A DNA stretch of 64,000 bases from Lachnospiraceae bacterium (GTDB taxonomy: Bacteria > Bacillota > Clostridia > Lachnospirales > Lachnospiraceae): positions 13,486 to 77,485 of the forward strand of contig JAFWWB010000037.1 of NCBI GenBank assembly GCA_017518185.1, in the 5' to 3' direction. Position 1 is the first letter of the stretch, and every line of letters starts with the position of its first letter. Below, one piece after another: positions 16,939 to 27,294 of this stretch. The notes below the pieces were generated by a model. The model saw nothing but the letters and a program-made list of their open reading frames with translations. It ran no database searches and had not been told where the DNA came from. Both the position numbers and the translations under genes were made by a program.

Positions 16939-18765
16939 TTATTTATCTTTCTTTCTGGTAGCAAGGAAAGCAGCGCCTCCGCCGACTGCCACGACACATG
17001 CAACGATGCCTGCGATCGCACCGCCGCTGAGGCCGCCCTTCTCCTCATCTGCCTTAGGCTCTTCCCTGCCGGTAGCGGGGGTATCCTCTTCTGCAGCAGG
17101 AGCGCTCTCGGTAGTCTCAGTGGTCTCTTCTGCCACTGCTGCGGTATTGTCATGATCAAAACCGCTTATGGTGAAGGTGATCTCGATATCGGTCACGGGT
17201 GTTCCGTAATATCCTATGTTCTCGATCTCCTTGTTCCAGATGTTCTGAAGCTGTACGGAAATGTACTCCGCTCCGTCATCCGCAAGAGTGGGACGGTAAA
17301 ATCCGTTGGGAGTCTTCTCTCCGCCGCCGCCGAGATCCACATTGCTGCCGTTGACCTTCAGCTTCACATCACTGATCTGGATGTCATCGCTGTTGGGAAT
17401 ATCGGTGGAGAAGAAGATCAGGTTCATATGATCCTGGCTCCAGTCATCAAACTGGAAATCAAGACCTGTTGCTGCCACGGTATAGGTACCGTTGCCGTCG
17501 ATGACCGCGTCATGGAACTCGCCGGGAAGCGCAACGGCATTGTTATCCGCATCCCAGCCGGTAACCTGTCCGAAATACTTGCCGCCCTCGGCATTTGCAC
17601 CGTAGGAAGGCTCAGCCCACTCGTTACGGAAGCTGTAGGTAGGGCTCTGGAAACCGATGTATGCGTTGTACTTTGCGCTCTTGTCAAGCTCGACAGCAGC
17701 GGGAGCAGCCTCTTCCTCTGCCTCGATGCCTGCCTTAAGGCTGTTCAGGGTAATGGTATATTCAACCTTGGTAAAGCCTGCGGGCTCCTCGATATACTTA
17801 GCGCCCCACTCATTGAAACCGCCGTAAAGACGTATAGGCTGGTTGCCGTTGGCCGCGGTGAGATCACCGGTATCCTCTGCCCACCATGCATCGCCTGCGG
17901 ACTTGTCTATGGCAACCTCTTCGCCGTCGATCTTAAGAGTGATGTCAGCATCGACCTCTGCTATGTCGGTAGCAAGGTAAAGGACGGGAGCCATATACCA
18001 CACGTTCACAACGGGCTCGGGGAACTCAAGACCTATGGTCACGGTCTCGCCTGCTCCGATGTAGGAGGTGGTGGCTACTATATCCTCGCTGTTGCCGGCG
18101 TTGTCGGGATCGTTGTAGGCATAGCCCCAGTCATTCTCCTCCGCCCTGTCGCCGCCGAAAGCAACATACACAGCGGCATCGCCTTCATAATCCACCAGCT
18201 GTACCTCGGATCCGTCGCTTACCTTTGCGCCGTTGAAGGTCACTGTGTACTCCACCTTGGTGAAGCCTGCGGGCTCTGCGATGTACTGGGCCGCCCACTC
18301 ATTGAAACCGCCGTAAAGACGGATAGCTTCCTTGTCACTGAAATCGCCGGTGCCCTCATACCACCAGAGGTCGCCTGCTTCATTGTCGATCTCCACATCC
18401 GCTCCGTCGATCTTGAGGGATACGGTGCAGTCCATCTCGCCGATGCCGTCGCCCGCCACGAGTACGGGTGCCATCCACCAGGTGTTTACTACGGGTGATT
18501 CGAATTCAAGGGATACGGTCTTGGTCTCGCCGGGCTTTATGGTCTCGGTAACCGCCGTGATGCCCTCGGTGTTGCCCTCGTTGTCAGGGCTGTTGAACTG
18601 GTAGCCCCAGTCATTCTCCTCGGCCTTGTCCCCGCCAAAGCCGATGTACAGCTGGGCCTCACCGTCAAACTCGGTGTAGCCTGCATGTGCGGGAAGCTTT
18701 GCGCTGCCCAGTACAAGCACTGCCGAAAGTGCTGCGGAGAGTACTCTCCTCCATTTGTTCTTCAT
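16939..18765 (-). CDS. Secreted, C-terminally membrane-anchored protein with duplicated Trp-rich domains (putative glycan-binding)
   Basis: Signal peptide; two about 145-aa repeats (FGGD.AEENDWGY...IRLYGGFNEW...EPAGFTKVEYT); acidic linker; TM helix plus RKKDK tail. Confidence 0.85.
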   Translation of the reverse strand: MKNKWRRVLSAALSAVLVLGSAKLPAHAGYTEFDGEAQLYIGFGGDKAEENDWGYQFNSPDNEGNTEGITAVTETIKPGETKTVSLEFESPVVNTWWMAPVLVAGDGIGEMDCTVSLKIDGADVEIDNEAGDLWWYEGTGDFSDKEAIRLYGGFNEWAAQYIAEPAGFTKVEYTVTFNGAKVSDGSEVQLVDYEGDAAVYVAFGGDRAEENDWGYAYNDPDNAGNSEDIVATTSYIGAGETVTIGLEFPEPVVNVWYMAPVLYLATDIAEVDADITLKIDGEEVAIDKSAGDAWWAEDTGDLTAANGNQPIRLYGGFNEWGAKYIEEPAGFTKVEYTITLNSLKAGIEAEEEAAPAAVELDKSAKYNAYIGFQSPTYSFRNEWAEPSYGANAEGGKYFGQVTGWDADNNAVALPGEFHDAVIDGNGTYTVAATGLDFQFDDWSQDHMNLIFFSTDIPNSDDIQISDVKLKVNGSNVDLGGGGEKTPNGFYRPTLADDGAEYISVQLQNIWNKEIENIGYYGTPVTDIEITFTISGFDHDNTAAVAEETTETTESAPAAEEDTPATGREEPKADEEKGGLSGGAIAGIVACVVAVGGGAAFLATRKKDK

Positions 18766-19009
18766 ATCTTTTACCTCCGTTTGATGGGCATCGGGACTCC
18801 GTTTCCCGGAGGAGTCCTCATGCCGGTCTCCTTTTGCCCCGGGCGAAAAACCGGGATAGATTGCATATTAGCACACAAAAAAACGTTTGTACATAATAAG
18901 TTAAAATTCTGTTCACATTTTCACACAAAAAACACTTTTCCTGCTTCTTGCGCTACCGGCGCCATTTCTGCTATCATTGAGCTGATACGATACCGAAAGG
19001 AGCACAGCC

Positions 19010-20485
19010 ATGTACGATCTGATAAAAGAAATGGCACGTATAGACAGTGTAAATGCCTCCGGCCCCTTCAGTCCCGACTGGGAAAGCCTGCAGCGCTGGC
19101 GCCAGCCTGACTGGATGAAGGAGAGAAAGCTGGGGATCTTCATGCACTGGGGACTTTACTCCGTGCCTGAGAATTCAAACAAATGGTACTCCAGGAACAT
19201 GTATATAAAGGGAATGCCGGCCTACCGTCACCACAGACGCACCTACGGTCCCCAGAAGGATTTCGGCTACAAGGATTTCATTCCCCTGTTCACGGCAGAG
19301 AAGTTTGATGCCGACGCCTGGATCAGCATCTTTAAAGATGCAGGTGCCGGCTATATCTGTCCCGTTGCTGAACACCACGACGGTTTTCAGATGTATAAGA
19401 GCGCCATCTCCCGCTGGAACGCTTATGAGATGGGACCGAAGCGCGACCTTATGGGAGAGCTTAAGACAGCCGCGGAAGGAGCAGGACTCAAATTCTGTTG
19501 TTCCAGCCACCGCGCAGAGCACTGGTGGTTCATGAGCCACGGCCGTGAATTCGATTCGGATGTTAAGGATCCCATGGAAAGAGGGGACTTTTACTGGCCC
19601 GCCATGCCGGAGCCGGATCCCGAGGATCTTTTCAGCGATCCATATCCTTCGGAGGAATACCTTCAGGACTGGCTGGCCCGCTGCGTGGAGATAGTGGACA
19701 GCTACCGTCCCGCTTTTCTCTATTTCGACTGGTGGATACAGCATGAAGCCTTCAAGCCTTATCTCAGGAAGCTGGCCGCCTACTACTACAACAGGGCCGC
19801 AGCCTGGGGATACCCCGTAGCCATCTGCTACAAGCATGATGCCATGGCCTTCGGGAGCGGCGTAGTTGAGATCGAGAGAGGCGCTTTTGCGGAGGCAAAG
19901 CCCTGGCCCTGGCAGACCGATACCGCCGTTGCCAGGAATTCCTGGTGCTATACAAAACAGAATGATTATAAATCTCCGGGAGAGGTGATAAGGACCCTGG
20001 TGGATGTGGTGAGCAAAGGCGGAAACCTTCTGCTCAACATAGGCCCCAAGGCGGACGGCACCATTCCCAAAGGGGATATGCACATACTTAAGGAGCTGGG
20101 GCGCTGGATGGCCGTGAATGCAGAGGGCATAAACGGCGCAAAGCCCTGGCGTGTAACGAAAGAAGGCCCCACAAAGGACATCGAGGGCCAGTTCTCCGAC
20201 GGAAGCGAAAAGCTCTATACTCCTAAGGATTTCCGCTTCACCACAGCAAACGGCTGCATTTACGCCTTCGCGATGCAGTATCCCGGTGACCGGAAGCTCT
20301 GCATAAAGTCACTGCGCTCCGGCACCGACCAGAACCGTCCCGAGTTCCACGGGATAATAAAACGCGTATCCGTTCCCGGCTGCGATGAAGAGATAAGCTG
20401 GAAACAGACTAAGCGCGGTCTTGAGCTGATGCTGCCGGTTGATGAAACACCCTACCCGGTGGCCATAAAGATAGAGACAGAGTAA
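19010..20485 (+). CDS. Alpha-L-fucosidase, GH29
   Basis: KLGIFMHWGLYSVP, PVAEHHDGF, LYFDWW nucleophile region, DVVSKGGNLLLNIGPKADG. Confidence 0.9.
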   Translation: MYDLIKEMARIDSVNASGPFSPDWESLQRWRQPDWMKERKLGIFMHWGLYSVPENSNKWYSRNMYIKGMPAYRHHRRTYGPQKDFGYKDFIPLFTAEKFDADAWISIFKDAGAGYICPVAEHHDGFQMYKSAISRWNAYEMGPKRDLMGELKTAAEGAGLKFCCSSHRAEHWWFMSHGREFDSDVKDPMERGDFYWPAMPEPDPEDLFSDPYPSEEYLQDWLARCVEIVDSYRPAFLYFDWWIQHEAFKPYLRKLAAYYYNRAAAWGYPVAICYKHDAMAFGSGVVEIERGAFAEAKPWPWQTDTAVARNSWCYTKQNDYKSPGEVIRTLVDVVSKGGNLLLNIGPKADGTIPKGDMHILKELGRWMAVNAEGINGAKPWRVTKEGPTKDIEGQFSDGSEKLYTPKDFRFTTANGCIYAFAMQYPGDRKLCIKSLRSGTDQNRPEFHGIIKRVSVPGCDEEISWKQTKRGLELMLPVDETPYPVAIKIETE

Positions 20486-20533
20486 AACGGAAAGGGGGGA
20501 TGAGCCCCCCTTCCCGCAGCACTCCCCGTGCGT

Positions 20534-20572
20534 AAAAAGAAGCCGGTCCATGCCTGCATGAACCGGCTTCTT
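20534..20572 (-). terminator. Terminator between the convergent GH29 and GH3 genes
   Basis: AAGAAGCCGGT...ACCGGCTTCTT inverted repeat with an A run on its left. Confidence 0.75.
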
Positions 20573-20588
20573 AAGCATCCTTTCAGGA

Positions 20589-22829
20589 TCAGATATTTAC
20601 ATCCTTCCTGCACCTCACATCCGCGCTGGATGCGGCTGCATAGAAGCTGACAGCGCCGCTTAACTTAACCCAGCCGCCTGCAGCTTCATCATAGTGTGCC
20701 AGGCTCTTCTTCGGCACCGTAAAGCGCACGGTCTTTGTCTGGCCGGGCTTCAGTTCCACCTTGGAGAAGGCCTTCAGTTCCTTGACGGGATTCCCCTCAG
20801 AGGGTGTCTTCTCACCCACGTAGAGCTGTACCGTTTCCTTTGCCGTGGCTATCCCGCAGTTCTTCACCTTAAGCGTGACCTCCACAGCTCTTTCCGTAGT
20901 CTTTACCGTCATCCCGCTGTATTTGAAATCCACGTATGAAAGCCCGTGTCCGAAGGGGAACTGAACGGGCACCTTATATTTTTCGTAATAGCGGTAGCCC
21001 ACGAATACGCCTTCTTTGTAGGTTTCGGTATATTCGCAGGCCTTCATGCGCTTCTTCTCGGCCGCATTGATCTTTCTGCCGGGATAATCCCCGAAAGCAG
21101 CCACCGGCGTCTTCTCAAAGCATTCGGGTATGGTCTCCGCCAGCTTACCGGAAGGACAGATCTGTCCGCTAATGACCTCCGCCAGAGCCGTACCGCCTTC
21201 CATACCGTTGTAGCTCATCCAGAGTATGGCCCTTGCCCTGTCCTTAAAGGAGCGCATATCCACGGGACTTCCGGCTATCATGACCACCACCGCATCGGGA
21301 TTCACATCCAGCACTGCGTTTATGAGCTCGTCCTGTCCGTAAGGCAGCTTCATGTCCTTTCTGTCCATGCCCTCGGTATCAAAATCATGATCGAGGCCTC
21401 CGATTATGATGACCTGGTCATACTCCTTTGCAAGAGCGACCGCCTCATCCCGGAGTTCCTTTGCTTTCTTCTTTTCCTCCGCCTTCAGCTTCCGCTCCCT
21501 GTCCTCGGGAGCGGTGAAGATCTCCATTATGCTGGTCTCCTGCCAGTTGACCTCTTCCACCTTCTTCTTCGGGACGTAATATCCCTTTGCGTAACGTATC
21601 TCCGTATTCCCGCCGTATTCCCTTGCAAGTCCCAGCAGAGGAGTTATCTCGTAAAGGGCCTTTATCTCGGCGCTGCCGCCGCCGTTGGAATGCTGTCTGT
21701 CGGCATCATCGCCTATCACCAGTATGCGCTTTGTCTCCGAAGGCTTTATGGGCAGGCGCTTCCTGTCATTCTTAAGGAGCACCACAGCCTCCCTTGCAGC
21801 CTCCAGGGCATAATGATGCATGATATGCCCGTTGTAGTAACCGGGATCCCTGTCTTCCACGGGTACCGCTTTAGCCCTGACCTTTCCGTTCTTCTGCTCC
21901 TTAAGCTCTATTTCTATCATCCTGACCCTCAGCATGAGTCTCAGGATGTTCCTCACCTTTTTGTCGACCTCTGCCTCGTCTATCTCGCCCTTCTTCACGG
22001 CTTCGATAAGCGGGTTGGCCAGATAGTATTTATCGAAATCAGCATTGATGCCCATTTCCAGATCCAGGCCGCTCTCTCCTGCATCCACGGTATCATGGTT
22101 TGCGCCCCAGTCACTAACGGCCACGCCGTCATACTTCCACTCTTTTCTGAGTATGTCTGTCAGAAGCTTCCTGCTCTCGCTGCCGTGCTCTCCCCTGAAA
22201 AGGTTGTAGGAGCCCATGATGGCATAGCTCTTTCCCTTCTTCACCGCAGCCTCAAAGGCGGGAAGATATATCTCCCTGAAGCTCCTCTCGTCTATCTCAA
22301 CGTTTACCGTATGCCTTGCCCATTCCTGGTTATTGCATACGAAATGCTTCACGCAGGCGGAGACATCGTTCTCCTGTATACCCTGTATGATCTCTACCGC
22401 CATGGCCGAGATGAGATACGGATCCTCGCTGAGATATTCGAAATTCCTTCCGCAGAGGGGATTCCGCTTAACGTTGATGCCTGGCGCCAGTATCATGTCT
22501 TTTCCCCGGCCCCTGGCTTCACGTCCCAGCACGCTTCCCGCAGTATGGGCCAGTTCCGTATTCCAGGTTGCTGCCAGCGCGGAATTGCTCGGAAGGTAGC
22601 TTACATAGTCGGCGCTGGTACCCTTAACATACCACCTGTCGGGATAGAAATCATTCCTTACTCCCATGGGGCCGTCGGAGGTCATTATACCCGGTATCCC
22701 CAGTCTCTCCACGCCGCCGCTCTTAAAGAATTCGGCCCCGTGGATCAGCTTTGACTTTTCCTCCAGAGTAAGCTCTGCGAGGAGTGCATCTATCTTCTTT
22801 TCCATATCGCCTGATTTTTTCATTTCCAC
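20589..22829 (-). CDS. GH3 beta-glucosidase/xylosidase family glycoside hydrolase
   Basis: SDGPMGVR, GRNFEYLSEDP, VKHF, VSDWG nucleophile, FN3-like tail ELKAFSKV. Confidence 0.92.
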   Translation of the reverse strand: MEMKKSGDMEKKIDALLAELTLEEKSKLIHGAEFFKSGGVERLGIPGIMTSDGPMGVRNDFYPDRWYVKGTSADYVSYLPSNSALAATWNTELAHTAGSVLGREARGRGKDMILAPGINVKRNPLCGRNFEYLSEDPYLISAMAVEIIQGIQENDVSACVKHFVCNNQEWARHTVNVEIDERSFREIYLPAFEAAVKKGKSYAIMGSYNLFRGEHGSESRKLLTDILRKEWKYDGVAVSDWGANHDTVDAGESGLDLEMGINADFDKYYLANPLIEAVKKGEIDEAEVDKKVRNILRLMLRVRMIEIELKEQKNGKVRAKAVPVEDRDPGYYNGHIMHHYALEAAREAVVLLKNDRKRLPIKPSETKRILVIGDDADRQHSNGGGSAEIKALYEITPLLGLAREYGGNTEIRYAKGYYVPKKKVEEVNWQETSIMEIFTAPEDRERKLKAEEKKKAKELRDEAVALAKEYDQVIIIGGLDHDFDTEGMDRKDMKLPYGQDELINAVLDVNPDAVVVMIAGSPVDMRSFKDRARAILWMSYNGMEGGTALAEVISGQICPSGKLAETIPECFEKTPVAAFGDYPGRKINAAEKKRMKACEYTETYKEGVFVGYRYYEKYKVPVQFPFGHGLSYVDFKYSGMTVKTTERAVEVTLKVKNCGIATAKETVQLYVGEKTPSEGNPVKELKAFSKVELKPGQTKTVRFTVPKKSLAHYDEAAGGWVKLSGAVSFYAAASSADVRCRKDVNI

Positions 22830-22974
22830 CTCCGGAGTTTTTAGTCTGTCAATCGCTCGGAACGCCCTGTTCTTCCTGACAGTTGTGTCTATTCTACCCT
22901 ATAAAGGCCCTCTTTTCAACAAGGATTATCGGCGCATTTGACAAAGACTGTTCCCGGGGCTAAACTTAAATGCC

Positions 22975-23904
22975 ATGGAGAAGAACATTCTGGAGGATTA
23001 TTTCGAGCATACCAGTGCCGATTTCCCGGTGGAGGTCTACTATGTAGACTTAAGCGGCATGTTCATGAAGCACGTGCGGCATCACTGGCACAAGGAGATG
23101 GAGATAGACCTTGTGCGTGAAGGCCGTGCCCTGGTATCCGCAGGCGGCAGGGAGTTTGAGCTTTCCGAAGGCTTCGGTATCTGGATCAACCAGGACCGCA
23201 TCCACTCCATCCGCCCGGCCGCTGATGAAAAGACCGTGGTCCTCTCCATACAGTTCGATCCTTCCTATCTTTTCGAGAAGGACTCCTTCCTGACGGCAAA
23301 ATATTTTGCACCTCTTGCCGGGACCGAAGGCACCTCCGCCCTGAAGCTGGATCCCTCAGACGGATACGGAAAGCAGGCTCTCGTCTACGTTGAAGAGATC
23401 CTTTCCGCCAATCTGAGCAAGGACTACGGCTATGAACTCCGTACGAAGGCCATGCTCTGCTCCTTCTGGCTGGAGCTCCTTAAACGGCGCAGCGACGATC
23501 CCGCGGATGCCCGCTATCTTTCCGATGAAGGCAGGGTAAAAGAAGCCTCCGCCTACATCAGGGAGCATTTCGCCGACGCCATCACCCTTGATGACATAGC
23601 CGCCAGCATACATGTGAGCCGCAGCGAATGCTGCCGCTGCTTCAAGCGTGTGACCTCAGCCCCGCCCTTCGAACACCTGATGATACAGCGTATCTTCGAA
23701 TCCGCCAGGCGCATGCAGCGCAGCGACCCTGCCCAGCTCTCCATAGCCGGCCTGGCCTCTGCCTGCGGCTTCAACAACGCCAGTTACTACAACCGTATAT
23801 TCAGGAAGTATATGGGTATGACTCCCGCGGAATACAGGAAGATCATAAGAAAAAGCCACAGGGATGCTCTGAATCCCCATGGCATATCATTAGCAAGACT
23901 CTGA
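22975..23904 (+). CDS. AraC-family transcriptional regulator
   Basis: Cupin N-terminus HWHKEMEI; C-terminal HTH CGFNNASYYNRIFRKYMGMTPAEYR. Confidence 0.92.
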   Translation: MEKNILEDYFEHTSADFPVEVYYVDLSGMFMKHVRHHWHKEMEIDLVREGRALVSAGGREFELSEGFGIWINQDRIHSIRPAADEKTVVLSIQFDPSYLFEKDSFLTAKYFAPLAGTEGTSALKLDPSDGYGKQALVYVEEILSANLSKDYGYELRTKAMLCSFWLELLKRRSDDPADARYLSDEGRVKEASAYIREHFADAITLDDIAASIHVSRSECCRCFKRVTSAPPFEHLMIQRIFESARRMQRSDPAQLSIAGLASACGFNNASYYNRIFRKYMGMTPAEYRKIIRKSHRDALNPHGISLARL

Positions 23905-23916
23905 TAAACTTATCTT

Positions 23917-24990
23917 TCAGTTCTCATCCAGCTTCAAAAGCTTTGCGGTCTGGTCGGCTGCGGTGCAGGCGTCCAGTATCTCCTGAAGGTCTCCGTCCAT
24001 CACCTTGTCTATCTTATAAAGCGTTAGACCTATCCTGTGATCCGTCACCCTTCCCTGTGGGAAGTTATAGGTCCTGATCTTTTCGGAGCGGTCTCCGGTG
24101 CCTATCTGGCTGCGTCTGAGATCCGCCTCCGCGTTATGGGCCTTCTGGCACTCCAGATCGTAAAGCTTTGCCCGCAGGAGGGCAAAAGCCTTGGCCTTGT
24201 TCTGTATCTGTGATTTCTCCGTCTGGGAATAGATGACTATACCCGTGGGGTAGTGTGTGAGACGCACCGCGGAATCCGTGGTGTTGACGCACTGTCCGCC
24301 GTTACCGGATGCCCGCATGACATCGATGCGTATATCCTTTTCGTCTATCTCCACCTCTACCTCTTCGGCCTCCGGCATGACTGCCACGGTAGCCGTTGAG
24401 GTGTGGATCCTTCCGCCGCTCTCGGTCTCAGGCACCCTCTGGACACGGTGCACTCCGCTCTCGTATTTCAGTGCGGAATAGGCTCCGGTCCCGTTCACCA
24501 TAAACTCCACTTCCTTCATTCCGCCTATGCCCGTCTCATCGGCGTTTACAAGCTCCAGCCTCCAGCGTCTGCTCTCGGCATAGTGGGCATACATGCGGTA
24601 AAGCTCCGCCGCAAAAAGAGCTGCCTCATCCCCGCCTGCTCCGGCACGGATCTCCACGATCACGTTCTTGTCGTCGTTAGGATCTTTGGGCAGCAGCAGG
24701 AGCTTTAGCTTTGTCTCCAGATCCTCCCTCTTATCCTTTGCCGCGGAAAGCTCCTCCTTCAGCATCTCCCTCATCTCGGGATCCTTCTCGCTCTCCAGCA
24801 TCATTACAGCATCTTCCGCATCCTGTATGCACTTTTTATACTGCTTATAGGTATCCGCCAGCGGTGTTATCTCGCTGATCTCCTTCATAAGGGCCGCAAA
24901 CCTGCGGCTGTCGGATGCTGTGGAAGGCTCCGATATCTCAAGCTGTATCTCATCCAGACGTCTTACCACGTCCTCAAGCTGTTCAAACAT
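23917..24990 (-). CDS. prfA: Peptide chain release factor 1
   Basis: GGQ motif, PET anticodon-recognition loop (VPETE), [15 protein letters not shown]; start reassigned to 24990. Confidence 0.97.
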   Translation of the reverse strand: MFEQLEDVVRRLDEIQLEISEPSTASDSRRFAALMKEISEITPLADTYKQYKKCIQDAEDAVMMLESEKDPEMREMLKEELSAAKDKREDLETKLKLLLLPKDPNDDKNVIVEIRAGAGGDEAALFAAELYRMYAHYAESRRWRLELVNADETGIGGMKEVEFMVNGTGAYSALKYESGVHRVQRVPETESGGRIHTSTATVAVMPEAEEVEVEIDEKDIRIDVMRASGNGGQCVNTTDSAVRLTHYPTGIVIYSQTEKSQIQNKAKAFALLRAKLYDLECQKAHNAEADLRRSQIGTGDRSEKIRTYNFPQGRVTDHRIGLTLYKIDKVMDGDLQEILDACTAADQTAKLLKLDEN

Positions 24991-25840
24991 TTCTCCACCT
25001 CGCACTGACCACACGGTCAAGTCCCGCATAGTCCTTTATAACTCTTATATCCTCAAAACCCGCCTCTGCAAGTATGGCAGAGACCTGCTCTCCCTGCTCA
25101 CAGCCGGTTTCAAGGAATATTCTTCCTCCGGAAACCAGCCTGCTGCCGGCCCCGGCGGCTATCCTTCTGTAAAACGAAAGCCCGTCCGCACCGCCGTCCA
25201 GCGCCATCAGCGGATCGTGATCCCGCACCTCCGGCATCAGCGTCCCTATCACAGCACTTTCTATATAAGGCGGATTGGAGACTATCACGTCAAATGCTTC
25301 TTCCTCCGCAGGCAGGGCCTCGTACAGATCCCCCCGGTAAAAGCTTATCTCAGCGGAGTTGAGCAAAGCGTTTTCCTTTGCAAGCGTAAGCGCCTCCTCT
25401 GAGAGATCCGTAGCTGCGGTATATCCGCAGCCTCCTGCTTTTTTAAGGCTTACCGCTATGCAGCCGCTGCCGGTGCAGAGATCCAGTACCCGCTTTCCCT
25501 TTATGCCGGAAGCCGCTGCTGCTTCCACAAGTATCTCCGTATCCGCTCTCGGTATCAGTGCCCGGCCGTCACAGATAAAGCGCAGTCCGTAAAAATACTG
25601 CTCGCCGCAGATATGCTGGAGGGGGATACGCTTTTCCCTTTCCGCGAGCATGCTTTCATACAGGGTCACAGCTTCTTTTCCGGGCTTTCTGTCAGGGAAT
25701 GCCCTGAACGCGGCCCGGTTCATTTCCGCCGCCTTTTCCAGCAGCAGTTCCGCATCCAGCGCCGCCTCTTCTATGCCCGCCGCCTCCAGCCGCTTTGTGC
25801 CTTCCGCCAGGAGTTCCCTGACCGTGGCATCCTCATTCAC
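24983..25840 (-). CDS. prmC: Release factor glutamine methyltransferase
   Basis: [24 protein letters not shown]; adjacent to prfA. Confidence 0.95.
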   Translation of the reverse strand: MNEDATVRELLAEGTKRLEAAGIEEAALDAELLLEKAAEMNRAAFRAFPDRKPGKEAVTLYESMLAEREKRIPLQHICGEQYFYGLRFICDGRALIPRADTEILVEAAAASGIKGKRVLDLCTGSGCIAVSLKKAGGCGYTAATDLSEEALTLAKENALLNSAEISFYRGDLYEALPAEEEAFDVIVSNPPYIESAVIGTLMPEVRDHDPLMALDGGADGLSFYRRIAAGAGSRLVSGGRIFLETGCEQGEQVSAILAEAGFEDIRVIKDYAGLDRVVSARWRNV

Positions 25841-26858
25841 GGTTCTCCTCCGCTTCCATTGCCTCTATCTCAGCGGCCGCCGCCGTCATATCCACGGTCT
25901 CCGCAAGCTCGGATCTTTCGAAATGCTTCTCCCTGAAGGCCCGCCAGTCAAACACTGCTTCCACCGAGGCTATAGCCACTTCCACCATTTCCTCGTCCGG
26001 CTCCCTGGTGGTGATGCGCTGCATCCAGAGCCCCGGTGCAGAAATGATGCTCAGAATGATGCTGTCCCTCTTTCCGGCCAGCTGCAGGAGCTCATAGGAT
26101 ATACCCGCTATGACCGGGATCAGAGCCAGTCTGATCACCACCCTCATCCACAGTATCTCCGTGCGTATGAAGAAACAGAGTATCACTCCCAGCAGCACCA
26201 CAAACAGCATGAAGCTGGTGCCGCAGCGCTTGTGGAAACGGGATGACCTCATAACATTCCTTACCGTAAGGGCCCTGCCCTGCTCCACGCAGTTTATGCA
26301 TTTATGCTCGGCTCCGTGATACATATAAAGTCTGCGTATATCCTTCATAAGCGCGATGGAGGCCACATAGATGATGAATACCGCTATCCTTATGCCGCCC
26401 TCCGTAAGCAATATCAGGGATTCGCTGCTTACACGCTTTCTCAAAAGCTCCGATACCCCCCAGGGCAGCAGCATGAACAGCGCCACCGCGAATATGATGG
26501 AAATGAACACCGTCAGTCCCATGACCACATCCTCGGCCTTGTCACCGAAGAGCTTTTCAAGCAGGGATTTCTTCCCGTTCTCTTCCTCTTCCTCATCATC
26601 ATAGAATTCCGCCGACCAGGAAAGGGTGTTCATCCCCAGCTTCAGCGAGTCGATGAAGGCCACGATCCCCCTTACAAAGGGTATGCGCCTTATAAGGCTT
26701 TTGGGATCGTAATCCAGGGTGCTAACGTTGACCTGTATGTCCCCGTCCGGTCTGCGCACGGCAGTGGCATACTCTCCCCTGTTCTTCATCATGACGCCCT
26801 CCAGCACGGCCTGTCCGCCTATACCGGAGTATACGGTCCTTCTTTTCTTTTTTGCCAT
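25833..26858 (-). CDS. DUF1385 membrane protein
   Basis: IGGQAVLEGVMM, YHGAEHK, HKRCGTSF; conserved rpmE-DUF1385-prmC-prfA order. Confidence 0.9.
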   Translation of the reverse strand: MAKKKRRTVYSGIGGQAVLEGVMMKNRGEYATAVRRPDGDIQVNVSTLDYDPKSLIRRIPFVRGIVAFIDSLKLGMNTLSWSAEFYDDEEEEENGKKSLLEKLFGDKAEDVVMGLTVFISIIFAVALFMLLPWGVSELLRKRVSSESLILLTEGGIRIAVFIIYVASIALMKDIRRLYMYHGAEHKCINCVEQGRALTVRNVMRSSRFHKRCGTSFMLFVVLLGVILCFFIRTEILWMRVVIRLALIPVIAGISYELLQLAGKRDSIILSIISAPGLWMQRITTREPDEEMVEVAIASVEAVFDWRAFREKHFERSELAETVDMTAAAAEIEAMEAEENRE

Positions 26859-26953
26859 TTTATTTTTTCCTCAATTTAGAAAAAGATAAAAAACAACAGG
26901 GCTGGAGCAGCAAAAACCGCTTCAACCCTGTCGCGTTGTTTTCCCGTATTATC

Positions 26954-27169
26954 CTACTTGGATGCAGATGCGTTGACGCCGTACTTCTTGTTGAACTTGT
27001 CAACACGGCCCCTGGCCTGGGTAGCCTTCTGCTGGCCGGTATAGAAAGGATGGCACTTGGAACAGATCTCCACGTGGATCTCTTTCTTTGTAGAACCTGT
27101 GACAAAAGTATTGCCGCAGTTGCAGGTAACGGTTGCCTGATAGTACTCGGGATGTATTCCCTCTCTCAT
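26954..27169 (-). CDS. rpmE: 50S ribosomal protein L31 (Zn-binding type A)
   Basis: [30 protein letters not shown]. Confidence 0.97.
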   Translation of the reverse strand: MREGIHPEYYQATVTCNCGNTFVTGSTKKEIHVEICSKCHPFYTGQQKATQARGRVDKFNKKYGVNASASK

Positions 27170-27258
27170 TTTTCTCTCCTTACTCCCCGCCTCACAAAAG
27201 CATAAGGTCAGTTCCGGCTGTTGTGTGCGGAGTACTGCTTGTTTACAAATGCCTGTAT

Positions 27259-27287
27259 ACTATACCACAGCCCCGGATCTAATGCAA
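27259..27287 (-). promoter_or_regulatory. Sigma-70 promoter of the rpmE operon
   Basis: TTGCAT-17-TATAGT with extended TG. Confidence 0.7.
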
Positions 27288-27294
27288 GACTTTT

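Noticed and set aside
24250-24330. RF1 motif context GNGGQC instead of GAGGQH
   Set aside because: The GGQ is intact and this context is, from recall, ordinary for this lineage
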